A stretch of DNA of 56,029 nt from a virus. Its lineage: Duplodnaviria > Caudoviricetes. The first letter of the stretch is position 1; each line of letters begins with the position of its first letter. Below are positions 8,574 through 17,376 of the stretch, in pieces. Where the stretch lies: positions 1-56,029 of the IMG/VR virus record IMGVR_UViG_3300021559_000001; one strand, given 5' to 3'. Both the position numbers and the translations under genes were made by a program. The notes under the pieces are model-generated. The model was given only the letters and a program-made list of their open reading frames with translations, made no database searches and had not been told where the DNA came from.

Positions 8574-8996
8574 CTACCTAATCCCCATCCGAGTGCTCAT
8601 CGCCTCAGGTCCACAAACAGGAGGTGGAACCACAAATCTCTTGATCCCGACGAATCCAAGCTGAATAATATTCTGAACTCCGCTCTGCTCCTGCAGGTCC
8701 GCTGTGATCTGAGAGCCAGGCGGGAACACGCGGGGCTTGCCCATGAAAGTGTAAGGTAGCGGCCCTTGTGCGTTGATGTTGGCCGCCAGAATCGGCGAAC
8801 TCGAGAAATAGTTACCGCCTGAGTCCCGGAACTGCACCGTGAACAGGATCGAAGTGAAGGCGTTCAGGATGAGCCCCAGCAAGAGAAAGTCAGAATCGGT
8901 GTCGGTGCGTACGCCGTCGCCTGTCAGCAGTTGATTGCCTACCATTGTCACGTCGTAGTTGTAGGTGAAGCTTAAGTCTCCGAAGTATCCGTTCAT
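8574..8996 (-). CDS. Putative single jelly-roll-like structural protein (140 aa)
   Basis: GAGG RBS; DTDSDFLL..VQFRDSGGNYFSS pattern homologous to ORF 7632. Confidence 0.65.
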   Translation of the reverse strand: MNGYFGDLSFTYNYDVTMVGNQLLTGDGVRTDTDSDFLLLGLILNAFTSILFTVQFRDSGGNYFSSSPILAANINAQGPLPYTFMGKPRVFPPGSQITADLQEQSGVQNIIQLGFVGIKRFVVPPPVCGPEAMSTRMGIR

Positions 8997-9112
8997 AGCT
9001 GGGCCTCTTGAATCTTTGGTGATAAACCGCCGTTGTACTCTCGTCTCGCTTCGGAGATACCCGAGCGCTGGGGCCGGTTGCGCGGGCCATGCTGGACCGC
9101 TACAGTGAGCGC

Positions 9113-9499
9113 ATGGGAACGTATTACCGCATTGACAATCACGACAGGTGCGAAACCATCGATCTGTACCAGGTCACCAACATCAAAGGCGGCGCGTTTC
9201 AACGGTGGTCTTTGCAACAAGCCGTACTGAATGTCTTCCTGGGTTTCGGCCGCGATTACCGCTGGCCGGAATGGACAGGCCGATGGGAGTTGAACCGCAT
9301 CCGCATCCATAACGACGGGGAGGACGATGCGCCGTGTGACGAGTGGCCCGACGCTGGCATTCTGTTTTTGGCCGATCTCGATACAAGGGGCGTGCTGGAA
9401 GGATGGATATCCTACATCGGGTGGACTGATACCTGGGTTGCTATGCATGGAACGGAGGATTTGCGCAAGTGGATCGCTGAGCAACGCGCGGTCCAGTAA
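9113..9499 (+). CDS. Cassette hypothetical protein (128 aa), probably leaderless
   Basis: TTGCGC-17-TACAGT (9078-9106) with ATG 6 nt later; sits between motifs A and B. Confidence 0.7.
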   Translation: MGTYYRIDNHDRCETIDLYQVTNIKGGAFQRWSLQQAVLNVFLGFGRDYRWPEWTGRWELNRIRIHNDGEDDAPCDEWPDAGILFLADLDTRGVLEGWISYIGWTDTWVAMHGTEDLRKWIAEQRAVQ

Positions 9500-9579
9500 C
9501 CCGCAGGCTCCCCCCGCGCGAAGTCCAGCCCAGAGCGTAATCGTTAGTACGACCCAAACAAAAAGCATTTCCATAAAAG

Positions 9580-9625
9580 CGAAAGAGGAGGCGGACTCCC
9601 CCGAGAAAAGAGAAGAGCCCGCCTC
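9580..9625 (-). terminator. Intrinsic terminator after the putative major capsid gene
   Basis: Stem GAGGCGGGCTC/GAGTCCGCCTC followed by a pyrimidine/T-rich tract on the minus strand. Confidence 0.65.
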
Positions 9626-9659
9626 GAAACATCAAATCACCCCAAGAATCCAGAAAGAA

Positions 9660-10358
9660 TTACTGGATACCGCGGGCGTGCAATCCATCCAGAATCACGG
9701 CAGAGATAAAGTTTCCGGTCCCCGTGATTGTGTAGGAAGGTCCATACATGCCGGCGAAGAACTGAACGCCCTGCTCCAAAACGAGCGTAATGGCGATCGG
9801 CCGAATAGCGTCTTTCGAGGGCCAGCCGTTGGACAGAATCGAGGTACCGGACGCGGTCCCCAGGAAGTTCAAGCCGCCGCCCTGCGGAATCATCCACAGC
9901 GGAAGAGTCTGGTACGGCTTCCTCCCCATCGTAAAGACGAAGGCAAAGCCGGCCAAAACCGCCTCGGTGTCCACGATGCTATTCCGTGGATCGAGGTAGT
10001 AACGGTAGCAGTAGATAGCCAGCGCTTCCGGGTTCATGAGCTGGTTCGGCTGCGTCATGTTGGTCAAGTTCAGCGTCTTGTTCGCGGTGTTCTGGAAGAA
10101 CAAGGCTGTCGTCGTGTTTTCGGCGATGGTCTGCGCGCCGCCCGCGGCTCCGGTGCCGTTCACGGTCACCGTGTCGTAGACCGGCTCCGCTTGCACGTCC
10201 ATGGTGTCCTGAACGTACTGCTGAGCGCGGAAGGCTTCGAGGATCATGCGCTGCTGCTGGGTATACTGCCCCTGTCTTACGCCGCCTGGTCCGCCGCCGA
10301 CTTGATTAGCCTGATACACGTTTCGTGACAGGCCGAGAGGGTTTGCTTGAGTGGACAT
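9660..10358 (-). CDS. Putative major capsid protein (232 aa, inferred single jelly-roll)
   Basis: Strong AAGGAG RBS, followed by a terminator and preceded by a basic core protein; EPVYDT..FFQN..TL..TNM.QP.QL.NPE motifs; paralog at 29838. Confidence 0.6.
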   Translation of the reverse strand: MSTQANPLGLSRNVYQANQVGGGPGGVRQGQYTQQQRMILEAFRAQQYVQDTMDVQAEPVYDTVTVNGTGAAGGAQTIAENTTTALFFQNTANKTLNLTNMTQPNQLMNPEALAIYCYRYYLDPRNSIVDTEAVLAGFAFVFTMGRKPYQTLPLWMIPQGGGLNFLGTASGTSILSNGWPSKDAIRPIAITLVLEQGVQFFAGMYGPSYTITGTGNFISAVILDGLHARGIQ

Positions 10359-10443
10359 CGTTATTTCGTCTCCTTGACAGTTCATTCGAATTTGTCAGGG
10401 AGAGGCTCCGGTCTTTAAGGTCGAAAACTCTCCCGTCCTGCTG

Positions 10444-11433
10444 CTACCAGGCGCTTCCCCACGCGCCCATAGTCACCTGCGCGCCACGCTGCATCGCCGT
10501 GGGGCTTTGGGCCGGAGGCGCGAGCTGCATCGGCGCGCGTACCGGAATTGTCGGCAAGGGGAATCCTGCCGGGGCGAAATCGCCCATGCCGCTGAGCGCG
10601 AACTGGCTCAACGGTCCAAACGAAAGGGCGTTGATGGCGACATTGATGGTCTGCGCGATGCCGCCGCCCCAGACGCCTACCGCGAACGGTCCAGGCATCC
10701 ATTTGTGCGCCGCCCATCCTGCGGCAAAGGCAATCGCGCCCGTGGTCAATACCGCCATCCAGGGATTAGCGATCGCTTGCGGCACCATACCCCCGATGAC
10801 GGACGCGCCTTTCTTGGCCGCGAAAACTCCCAGCAGAATGCCGCCGCCGAACTTCACGGCCTGAGCCGGGGTCTGCCCGAACGGATTACGCGATCCGCGC
10901 GGTGAGTGACGATGACTGCGCGCGGTTGCTCTCTTCTTATAGTGGCGATGCGGATTCGATGATTTGGCCCGGCGTCGAGAGCTTTTAGCCGAGGCCCGTT
11001 TCCTCTTTGTCATGCTCTTTCTCCTGTGTGGATTTACCGGACCTGCGGTTAGAAGCCAGTAGGGACCGGGGTTGCTGCGTTTCCGCTTTGAATTGGCCTT
11101 AGCTCGTTTCTTGGCGGGTGGTCTGGACTTGTAGACGATGCGGGTCTTGTACTTGGTCTTATAGACCGTTCTCGTCTTGGGATTCGAGCGCGCCCGTTTG
11201 CGCGTTCGATGGGAATTGGCGGCCGCCCTTTTACGGGGACGGTGCGAAGCGTGCGAAGCCGAAACGCGATGTTTCTTTGGCCGGTGAGTATTGGCCTTGG
11301 CGCTGGCCTTTCGTTTGCGAGCGGCCTTGAGTCCCGCCCGCTGGCGCGCAGTCCCGAAGAACTTGATCTGTTTCGCCGTCAGTTTCTTGCGGTGCGGATT
11401 GGCCGCTCTTGTCTGGAGTTTGGTTTTGACCAT
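10444..11433 (-). CDS. Highly basic core/DNA-condensing protein with Asn-Pro repeats and C-terminal hydrophobic segments
   Basis: K/R-rich N-terminal ~185 aa punctuated by NP; C-terminal TM-like helices; GMGDFAPAGFPLP motif. Confidence 0.7.
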   Translation of the reverse strand: MVKTKLQTRAANPHRKKLTAKQIKFFGTARQRAGLKAARKRKASAKANTHRPKKHRVSASHASHRPRKRAAANSHRTRKRARSNPKTRTVYKTKYKTRIVYKSRPPAKKRAKANSKRKRSNPGPYWLLTAGPVNPHRRKSMTKRKRASAKSSRRRAKSSNPHRHYKKRATARSHRHSPRGSRNPFGQTPAQAVKFGGGILLGVFAAKKGASVIGGMVPQAIANPWMAVLTTGAIAFAAGWAAHKWMPGPFAVGVWGGGIAQTINVAINALSFGPLSQFALSGMGDFAPAGFPLPTIPVRAPMQLAPPAQSPTAMQRGAQVTMGAWGSAW

Positions 11434-11449
11434 TTTGTTTCTCTTCTCC

Positions 11450-11800
11450 TTACTGCAAAATAGTGTGCGGCTGCATAGCGTAGAGTTTGGCTATGATCGT
11501 CGTGCCGGCTACCGCACCGCCTGAGCCGGCCGCGTTTGTCTTTGTCAACGTGATGTTCGTTGCCGTCACCGCCACTCCCCAGTTGGGAAGCGCCGCATTC
11601 GCGTAAGTAACCACGTTTTGAAGAAGCGCTAAATCGGGCGCGACCGAAACGGGTCCCGCCGCGGTCTGGATTACAAAGCCGTGCGGGAAGGTCACGGTAG
11701 TATCGGCGTCGAGCGCCGTGATGTTCCACGATTTGTATTGCGGACTCGCCGGAGCAACGATTCCCGATCCGCTTATAACTGGTGTCGCTACGATTGCCAT
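11450..11800 (-). CDS. Small spike/decoration protein, paralog 1 (116 aa)
   Basis: PVISGS..PQYKSW..NWG..GSGG..PHTILQ shared with the next two ORFs. Confidence 0.7.
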   Translation of the reverse strand: MAIVATPVISGSGIVAPASPQYKSWNITALDADTTVTFPHGFVIQTAAGPVSVAPDLALLQNVVTYANAALPNWGVAVTATNITLTKTNAAGSGGAVAGTTIIAKLYAMQPHTILQ

Positions 11801-11818
11801 TTCATTTCTCCCTTTTGT

Positions 11819-12799
11819 TTACTGCAAAATCGTGTGGGGGCGCCCGGCTACCACTTTCAAAACGTTCGTGCCGCCCGATCCAGTGGCGGATTGTTTGACC
11901 AGGATGATATTGTTGGCATCCGCCGTGATCCCCCAATTGGCAAGCGCCGCATTGGCCGTGCTCGGAATCACGGTGCCGTTTACGAAATCCGGCTGGACAC
12001 TGACTCCCCCGGTGATTCCAAACTGCAAAAATCCATGCGGGAAAGAAAAGCCGGTATCGGTGTCGCAGCAGGAAATCAGCCAGGATTTATATTGAGGCTG
12101 ACCCGGTGGTGGAATCTGCGATCCGGTTATGACCGGCGTAGCAATGAAACACCCTGACGCTCCGTTCGTACCGCCCGCCGTAAATGTATTGGTGATGGTG
12201 TTGGCTTGTAAGGTGACTGCGCCTGTCCGCGCCATCGCTCTCCCACTGAGCGTGGCGCCGGTGTTGATCGTGACCGAAGCTTGGGCCATGATCGTGCCCA
12301 GCATGGTTGCAGTCGTTCCGATAGTGGCCGAGCTTCCCACTTGCCAGAAGACATTTGCCGCCAGTGCTCCATTTGCCAAAACTACAGAAGCGGCGTTGGC
12401 TACCGTGAGAGTGCTCGGAATCTGGAAAATCCAAACTGCTGCCGCATTGCCTTGGGCGTCGAGGGTGAGAACCCCCGTGAGGCCTACGGAAGAATTGGAT
12501 TTGTAGACCCCAGGCGGGAGAGTTTGTCCACCCAGGTCGCCCACGATCAAAGTACCGCCAGATCTATTTGCCGCGTCGTTGAATGCGGTGGTTAAATCCA
12601 GTTGAGCCTGAGCCGCGGCCGCGTTGGCGATATCTTGCGCGCCGGTGACAGTTCCAGGAGGGAAGCCGGTGACCGATGTTCCAGGACTTAAGCCGAGCTT
12701 CCCGGTGATAGCCGTGGCCCCTGTGCTGGTGACAGTTGAAGCGGCTAAAACGGGATAACCGGATGCCGATCCGAGTCCTACAGTCGGTACGATGGGCAT
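11819..12799 (-). CDS. DUF3494 ice-binding-domain protein fused to the spike/decoration domain
   Basis: Typical DUF3494 motifs (LGLSPGTSVTGFPPG, DLGGQTLPPGVY, LTLDAQG..AVWIFQI, ANVFWQVGSSAT, GRAMARTGAVTL); C-terminus PHTILQ. Confidence 0.9.
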   Translation of the reverse strand: MPIVPTVGLGSASGYPVLAASTVTSTGATAITGKLGLSPGTSVTGFPPGTVTGAQDIANAAAAQAQLDLTTAFNDAANRSGGTLIVGDLGGQTLPPGVYKSNSSVGLTGVLTLDAQGNAAAVWIFQIPSTLTVANAASVVLANGALAANVFWQVGSSATIGTTATMLGTIMAQASVTINTGATLSGRAMARTGAVTLQANTITNTFTAGGTNGASGCFIATPVITGSQIPPPGQPQYKSWLISCCDTDTGFSFPHGFLQFGITGGVSVQPDFVNGTVIPSTANAALANWGITADANNIILVKQSATGSGGTNVLKVVAGRPHTILQ

Positions 12800-12815
12800 A
12801 GATGATGCTCCTTTG

Positions 12816-13205
12816 TCATTGCAAAATCGTGTGCGGCACCATGGCTACGAGCTTGGCTGCCGGTGTACCGCCCGATCCTGTCGCGGGTTGTTTGGCCAGA
12901 ATGATCTGGGTTGGAGTCACCGTGATTCCCCAATTTGCTAAGGTTGAGAGGGCTCCACTGGTAATCGGCTGTATATCGACCAGATCTGGCGCAATCGGGT
13001 TGTCATTGTTGTCTTCAAAATCGTGAAGGACCGTCAATAACGTATCCGAATCCGCGGCGTTGACAAGCCAGGATTTATATTGAGGCCCGCCCATGCCCGC
13101 GTTACCCACGGGAAGGGATGACCCGCTGATAACTGGAACAATCCCTGAGCCTACTGCGGCCCATTTACCGCTCAGCCAGAAGGCTGCCATTTCAAGCGCA
13201 AGCAC
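12816..13205 (-). CDS. Small spike/decoration protein, paralog 3
   Basis: Same PQYKSW...PHTILQ domain; start uncertain. Confidence 0.65.
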   Translation of the reverse strand: MLALEMAAFWLSGKWAAVGSGIVPVISGSSLPVGNAGMGGPQYKSWLVNAADSDTLLTVLHDFEDNNDNPIAPDLVDIQPITSGALSTLANWGITVTPTQIILAKQPATGSGGTPAAKLVAMVPHTILQ

Positions 13206-13599
13206 TAGAGTCCTCCTTTGGTTCTTCGAGTTTTTGATTCGGGTCTGGCGCTGGGGCCGGAGCTTGCGCTGGCGCAGATTCGGGGTCGCTCTCCCCTTCC
13301 TGGTTTTTCGGATTGGGGAGTTGAACCATGTGGATGGTGGGTGGATCGGCCTGAAGTTTGGCTAGCTGAGCCTGGAGCGAGATAATCGCGTGGCAGTGGT
13401 CATGGGCCAGGCCCGCTCCGGGGACGTTCGCCAGTTGCTCCAAAGTCTCCACGCTGGCGAATACTTCCTTGTTGCAGTGCGGGCAGACTTTTCCACTGGG
13501 ATATCCGAACGCCTCGGTATAGACCCTGTTCTGTTCGAGAATTGTGGACAGCATCGCCAGGGCCGCGCGATGCTGTTTGGATAGAGAGGTCAGCGTCAT
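13192..13599 (-). CDS. Hypothetical protein (CPHC, HDHCH; possible metal binding)
   Basis: Packed in the operon between 13603 and 12816. Confidence 0.65.
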   Translation of the reverse strand: MTLTSLSKQHRAALAMLSTILEQNRVYTEAFGYPSGKVCPHCNKEVFASVETLEQLANVPGAGLAHDHCHAIISLQAQLAKLQADPPTIHMVQLPNPKNQEGESDPESAPAQAPAPAPDPNQKLEEPKEDSSACA

Positions 13600-13602
13600 A
13601 GA

Positions 13603-14259
13603 TTAGCTCGCGTCGTAACCTGTGAAAGCTACGCTGGCGAAGGCGGCAGCAGCGGGAGCCGCAACGGTTTCCATGGTCATCGCGGTAGCCGCTGAGCCGG
13701 CGATATTCAAGCCGCTCAGGAAGAAAGACCAGGTCGTGTTGACAGGCAATGAAACCTGAAGCGCCCAGAGAACCGTACCGGCGCCGGTTGCTCCATCGCG
13801 GAGGTTGAACACCAGCGCCGCTGTCTGCGCCGTGCCGACTGTCGAGATAGCGCCCGCGACGGAGGTGCAATAGTGCTTGACGCCAGCCGCGCCGGCCGCC
13901 TTCGATACCGTCGCCTGGGTAGCCGCGGCTGGAAGGTTGTTGAGGGACCAGTCGGCAGGACGTGTCGCCATCAATGCGCCATTCGCGGCCGTTGCGCCCA
14001 CCGCCAGATTCGCCGCGGATGCGGTCTTCAGCGTGACTGCGTTAGTTCCATCCTGACCGCCGATCAGAACCGGGTTTCCGGTAACAGCCGCGCCGGAGGC
14101 CGCTCCACCGCCGACCGTTGCGGCGCCCGCGGCCGAAATCGCTAGCCCTTGGGTCGGGGTGGTCGCGTCGACCAGAATTGCTTGTTGGAAGTCTTTACCG
14201 CCACTGGTGAGAGTGGCGATGGTTGTGCCCGTTGAATTGGGGGGTAGAATTACCGCCAT
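13603..14259 (-). CDS. Ala/Gly/Thr-rich putative spike/fiber protein (218 aa)
   Basis: GAGGAG RBS before ATG 14259 (MAVILPPN). Confidence 0.65.
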   Translation of the reverse strand: MAVILPPNSTGTTIATLTSGGKDFQQAILVDATTPTQGLAISAAGAATVGGGAASGAAVTGNPVLIGGQDGTNAVTLKTASAANLAVGATAANGALMATRPADWSLNNLPAAATQATVSKAAGAAGVKHYCTSVAGAISTVGTAQTAALVFNLRDGATGAGTVLWALQVSLPVNTTWSFFLSGLNIAGSAATAMTMETVAAPAAAAFASVAFTGYDAS

Positions 14260-14307
14260 CGTTTTTTCTCCTCTGCGCCGTAGCGCCTTTTCAAAAAATC
14301 GTTCCCT

Positions 14308-14386
14308 GAAAAGCAAAAGGGGCTGCCCGATCCGATCCCGTGTTTGGCGAGTGATCGAATCCGAGCAACCCCTTCATGAAGGTTGC
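14308..14386 (-). terminator. Long hairpin plus T-tract with a competing upstream hairpin (attenuator-like)
   Basis: AAGGGGTTGCTCGGATTCGATC/GATCGGATCGGGCAGCCCCTT followed by TTGCTTTT; alternative GCAACCTTCATGAAGGGGTTGC. Confidence 0.55.
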
Positions 14387-14455
14387 TTTCCAGGTGCTAC
14401 TTCCGCTTCCCCCGTCGAGGTCGCGAAATCTTTCCTAATCTCGTTGCGCCGAAAC

Positions 14456-14647
14456 TCAGACGCTCAGATATTTTGCTCTCACTTCGTTAGCCGCTCGTTC
14501 GGCTTCCGTTTCTACGCAGGCCTTATACATCCACGCTGACATCGCGACGACATCTTCGATCCCCGTACCATTGATGGCAGTGTGAGCCCGGCGCAGCGTG
14601 CCTGCCTTCGCGTCGATGACAATTGGCCATAAGCAAAAGACTTTCAT
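14456..14647 (-). CDS. Hypothetical protein (63 aa)
   Basis: Starts immediately after the stop of ORF 14649. Confidence 0.5.
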   Translation of the reverse strand: MKVFCLWPIVIDAKAGTLRRAHTAINGTGIEDVVAMSAWMYKACVETEAERAANEVRAKYLSV

Positions 14648-14648
14648 A

Positions 14649-16169
14649 TCAGTTCACAATCCCTCTGGAAGTCCCCTCTACCAGGTCTTCCATGTCCACT
14701 TTGTACTGTCCTCCGGCGATCTTGAGGCGCTTGTTCAGCGTGTCGTAGAGGATGGTGCTCTTTGCAATTCTCGGGTCTACTTTGCCTTCGAGACCTTCGC
14801 CGGACAGGTGAAAATATTCCGTTGGCGCGAACTTGTGAAACTTCTTGCCGGTCGAATAGGCGTATTTCTTGAGCTCGCCCAGCACCATCAAATCTTTGAA
14901 CCATTCCGGCCCTGCCATGCCCAGCGCTTTCAGGTCGATCTCTTGGTCTCCCCCGCGTAAATAAAACTGGTTCCCGGTTTTGGTGTACATCAGCCAGACT
15001 GTATCTTTTGCATTTCTCGAGAATCGCAGCGTGATTCGTCCCTTGGGACCTTTGATGACCATGTAGCAGAGCTTTCCCAGTGCTGCTAATTTGTCCCGTT
15101 CGGATATCTCTTCATCGATGATGATTTCTTCCTGGACGGGTCTACCGTGGAAGACTTCTGATACTTCACGTGCTTCACGTTCTTCTGGGTCGAGGTCTGG
15201 GTTTCGTGATGAACCTCGGCTCACTTGTCCGCGAGGGTTACGCGCTGTCGTGCCCCCGGTGGAATCGAATCGCACTACCTGCCCGGTCTTTCGGTCTCCA
15301 TAGTTGCCGCCATATCCACCGAGCGGGACTAAGCCGGCGTAAGTTTCTTTGGGCCATCGCTGCCCTTCCCATTCCCACACGATCTTTTTTCGGCCACCGC
15401 CTATTTCTGCACGTTTCACGATACCTTTGCCAACTACTCGCCGCGGCTGATCAGGATTCGGAGCTGCTGCGCCCATCTGCCCGCTATACCCTGCTTGGTA
15501 CGCTTGCTCAAAACTTTCCCATGACGCCGAAGCGCCGAAGTTTGCGGCAAAGCTTGCATGGAGTTCGTCGAGAGTCTTGCGTAGGTTCGCGGCCTGCCGA
15601 TCGGCTTGCCCTAGGTTGTAGCCGAGGTGATATTCGGTCGAAAACTCCATCGCTGGATTCCGATCTTTCGCAAATGCCCGTTTGATGGAATAGCCTTTCA
15701 ATCCCGCTGACCGCGCGTAAGTTTCCGCCGCTGCTTTAGATCGAAAGTGGGCCATCTGCCGAGTGGTGAATCCGGCGCCCTGATAAATACCGTATCCCCA
15801 GGAGGAGGGGTTGCCGACTTTGGCGAGCGCCGCACGCTTGTGCTCCTCTTGCGCCTGAATCTCCCGCTCCATTCGTTCTTTCATGGCTTCAAAGGCCGCT
15901 TCGCTGGTGCCGCCCCTGCCCGCGCCTTTCGTCGATGCTTTAGCGATCTTGGATTCCGCCGCCGCGATCTTCCGATCCGCCGCCGCGATCTTGGCCGCCG
16001 CTACCCGTTCCGCCGCTTCGAGTTTCTTGATAGAGAGACGTTCCCGGCGATCCGAGAAGGCCTGCCGCTTCAGTTCCTTTCGTTCCCCGGCCACGTCACG
16101 GTGATAGGTGACCTTAGATCGGAACACATCGCCGAATCGATTACGTCTGCGAGTCGCTGAAGCGGGCAT
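14649..16169 (-). CDS. Large basic multi-module protein with Asn-Pro junctions (putative core protein)
   Basis: R/K-rich; GNP, RNP, PNP, RNP, RNP separate apparent modules. Confidence 0.7.
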   Translation of the reverse strand: MPASATRRRNRFGDVFRSKVTYHRDVAGERKELKRQAFSDRRERLSIKKLEAAERVAAAKIAAADRKIAAAESKIAKASTKGAGRGGTSEAAFEAMKERMEREIQAQEEHKRAALAKVGNPSSWGYGIYQGAGFTTRQMAHFRSKAAAETYARSAGLKGYSIKRAFAKDRNPAMEFSTEYHLGYNLGQADRQAANLRKTLDELHASFAANFGASASWESFEQAYQAGYSGQMGAAAPNPDQPRRVVGKGIVKRAEIGGGRKKIVWEWEGQRWPKETYAGLVPLGGYGGNYGDRKTGQVVRFDSTGGTTARNPRGQVSRGSSRNPDLDPEEREAREVSEVFHGRPVQEEIIIDEEISERDKLAALGKLCYMVIKGPKGRITLRFSRNAKDTVWLMYTKTGNQFYLRGGDQEIDLKALGMAGPEWFKDLMVLGELKKYAYSTGKKFHKFAPTEYFHLSGEGLEGKVDPRIAKSTILYDTLNKRLKIAGGQYKVDMEDLVEGTSRGIVN

Positions 16170-16480
16170 CAGAAGAACCCTCCCCCGCGCCGAGATGATC
16201 CGCCCCGCTCAATGCGCCGCCGCTCACCTCTATACCGCTCTTCGGCATCTTCGAGCGCCGCCTTGCGCTTTCGGCTCTTCTTGATTGGCCGCGCTACTTT
16301 CCGATACGCTTTCTTCGTCCCGCTGAACAGCGAAGAGAGAACCCAGAGGCCAAGCGCCCCGGCGCCGATCATCATCCACGGGGAGCCGGAGGTGAGACTG
16401 GACAGGTCGATCCCGGTCGCGGATGTGTCTAGCCCCGTAACCGGATCGATTGCGCCCATGCCTCTGAGATTCACTTGCAT
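16169..16480 (-). CDS. Membrane-anchored basic virion protein
   Basis: LRGMGA N-terminus, one TM helix, basic tail. Confidence 0.7.
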   Translation of the reverse strand: MQVNLRGMGAIDPVTGLDTSATGIDLSSLTSGSPWMMIGAGALGLWVLSSLFSGTKKAYRKVARPIKKSRKRKAALEDAEERYRGERRRIERGGSSRRGGGFF

Positions 16481-16484
16481 CGCT

Positions 16485-16838
16485 TTAACTCAGATCGCTT
16501 GAATTGAGGTAATAGAAAACGTACGTCCAGTTGCCGCCGTAGCGTTTCGCCTTGTCCAGAATCAGGCCTACGTTGATACCCGCGCGTCCATTGAAGAAAC
16601 GAAAGTGAAGAAAGAATTCGCCGGTCGCCGGGTCGCTGGGTTCTGGGAACCCTCCCGGCCCGCCGTCCCATGTAGGAACGTAAATGCCCGATGTCTCCGG
16701 GTTAGTCGTTACCGGCATCACTCCTCCGCCCATCCAGAGGCCTGAGGATTCGCGAAAAGCTTCGATCTGGGCTGATAGTGCTTTGGCCTGATCCCAGGTG
16801 GCGAGTTGCGCCGGGTTGAATGTCCAGGTTGTGCTCAT
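16485..16838 (-). CDS. Hypothetical protein (117 aa)
   Basis: AAGGAG RBS, overlapping the stop of the upstream gene. Confidence 0.65.
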   Translation of the reverse strand: MSTTWTFNPAQLATWDQAKALSAQIEAFRESSGLWMGGGVMPVTTNPETSGIYVPTWDGGPGGFPEPSDPATGEFFLHFRFFNGRAGINVGLILDKAKRYGGNWTYVFYYLNSSDLS

Positions 16839-17371
16839 CTTTTGACTCCTTTCAATTTGTCAACATTCTGGAGGGCACGGCTTCGAATATTCGCGAGCGC
16901 GATCCTATCCGATGCGCTGACCTTGAAAGACGGCGCCTTTGCCGCTTTTGCCCCAGAAGAAGCTGTCACTGGCGGTGTGGTGGCATTCGCCAGGAAGTTG
17001 AGAACCGCCTGCGCTACGGCGTCGACTACTGAGACGATTTCCTGTGGAGTACCCGCGGGTACACATTTGCACCCATTTGCCACAGCGGCAAAAGCCTTAG
17101 CAATTTCCGCCGCTTTCTGGGCGCTCGTCCCTGTACCTGCGAGAATGGTCGCCGCTTGCGCTGTTGCAATGTTCACCTCCTGCAAATAAGAGACAATGGC
17201 CGCTGACGTCGCCGGGTTCAAGCCGGTTGCGGCGCCGATCACGGGTACGGCGATTTCAGCCGCGCTGACTACGTTCTCCAAGACCGAGATAAGGGTTGAA
17301 GTCGAGGGACAGCCCACGAGCAATACCAGAATCAGGCATAGAATCGGAACGGTGCTGATGAGGTTTTTCAT
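16835..17371 (-). CDS. Lipoprotein (possible lysis/spanin-like component)
   Basis: MKNLISTVPILCLILVLLVGC lipobox; adjacent to a small 2-TM protein. Confidence 0.65.
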   Translation of the reverse strand: MKNLISTVPILCLILVLLVGCPSTSTLISVLENVVSAAEIAVPVIGAATGLNPATSAAIVSYLQEVNIATAQAATILAGTGTSAQKAAEIAKAFAAVANGCKCVPAGTPQEIVSVVDAVAQAVLNFLANATTPPVTASSGAKAAKAPSFKVSASDRIALANIRSRALQNVDKLKGVKR

Positions 17372-17376
17372 TTTGT

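Noticed and set aside
11060-11080. SNPGP as a 2A ribosome-skipping motif
   Set aside because: Lacks the upstream D(V/I)E, 2A skipping is not known on bacterial ribosomes, and it fits the general NP motif
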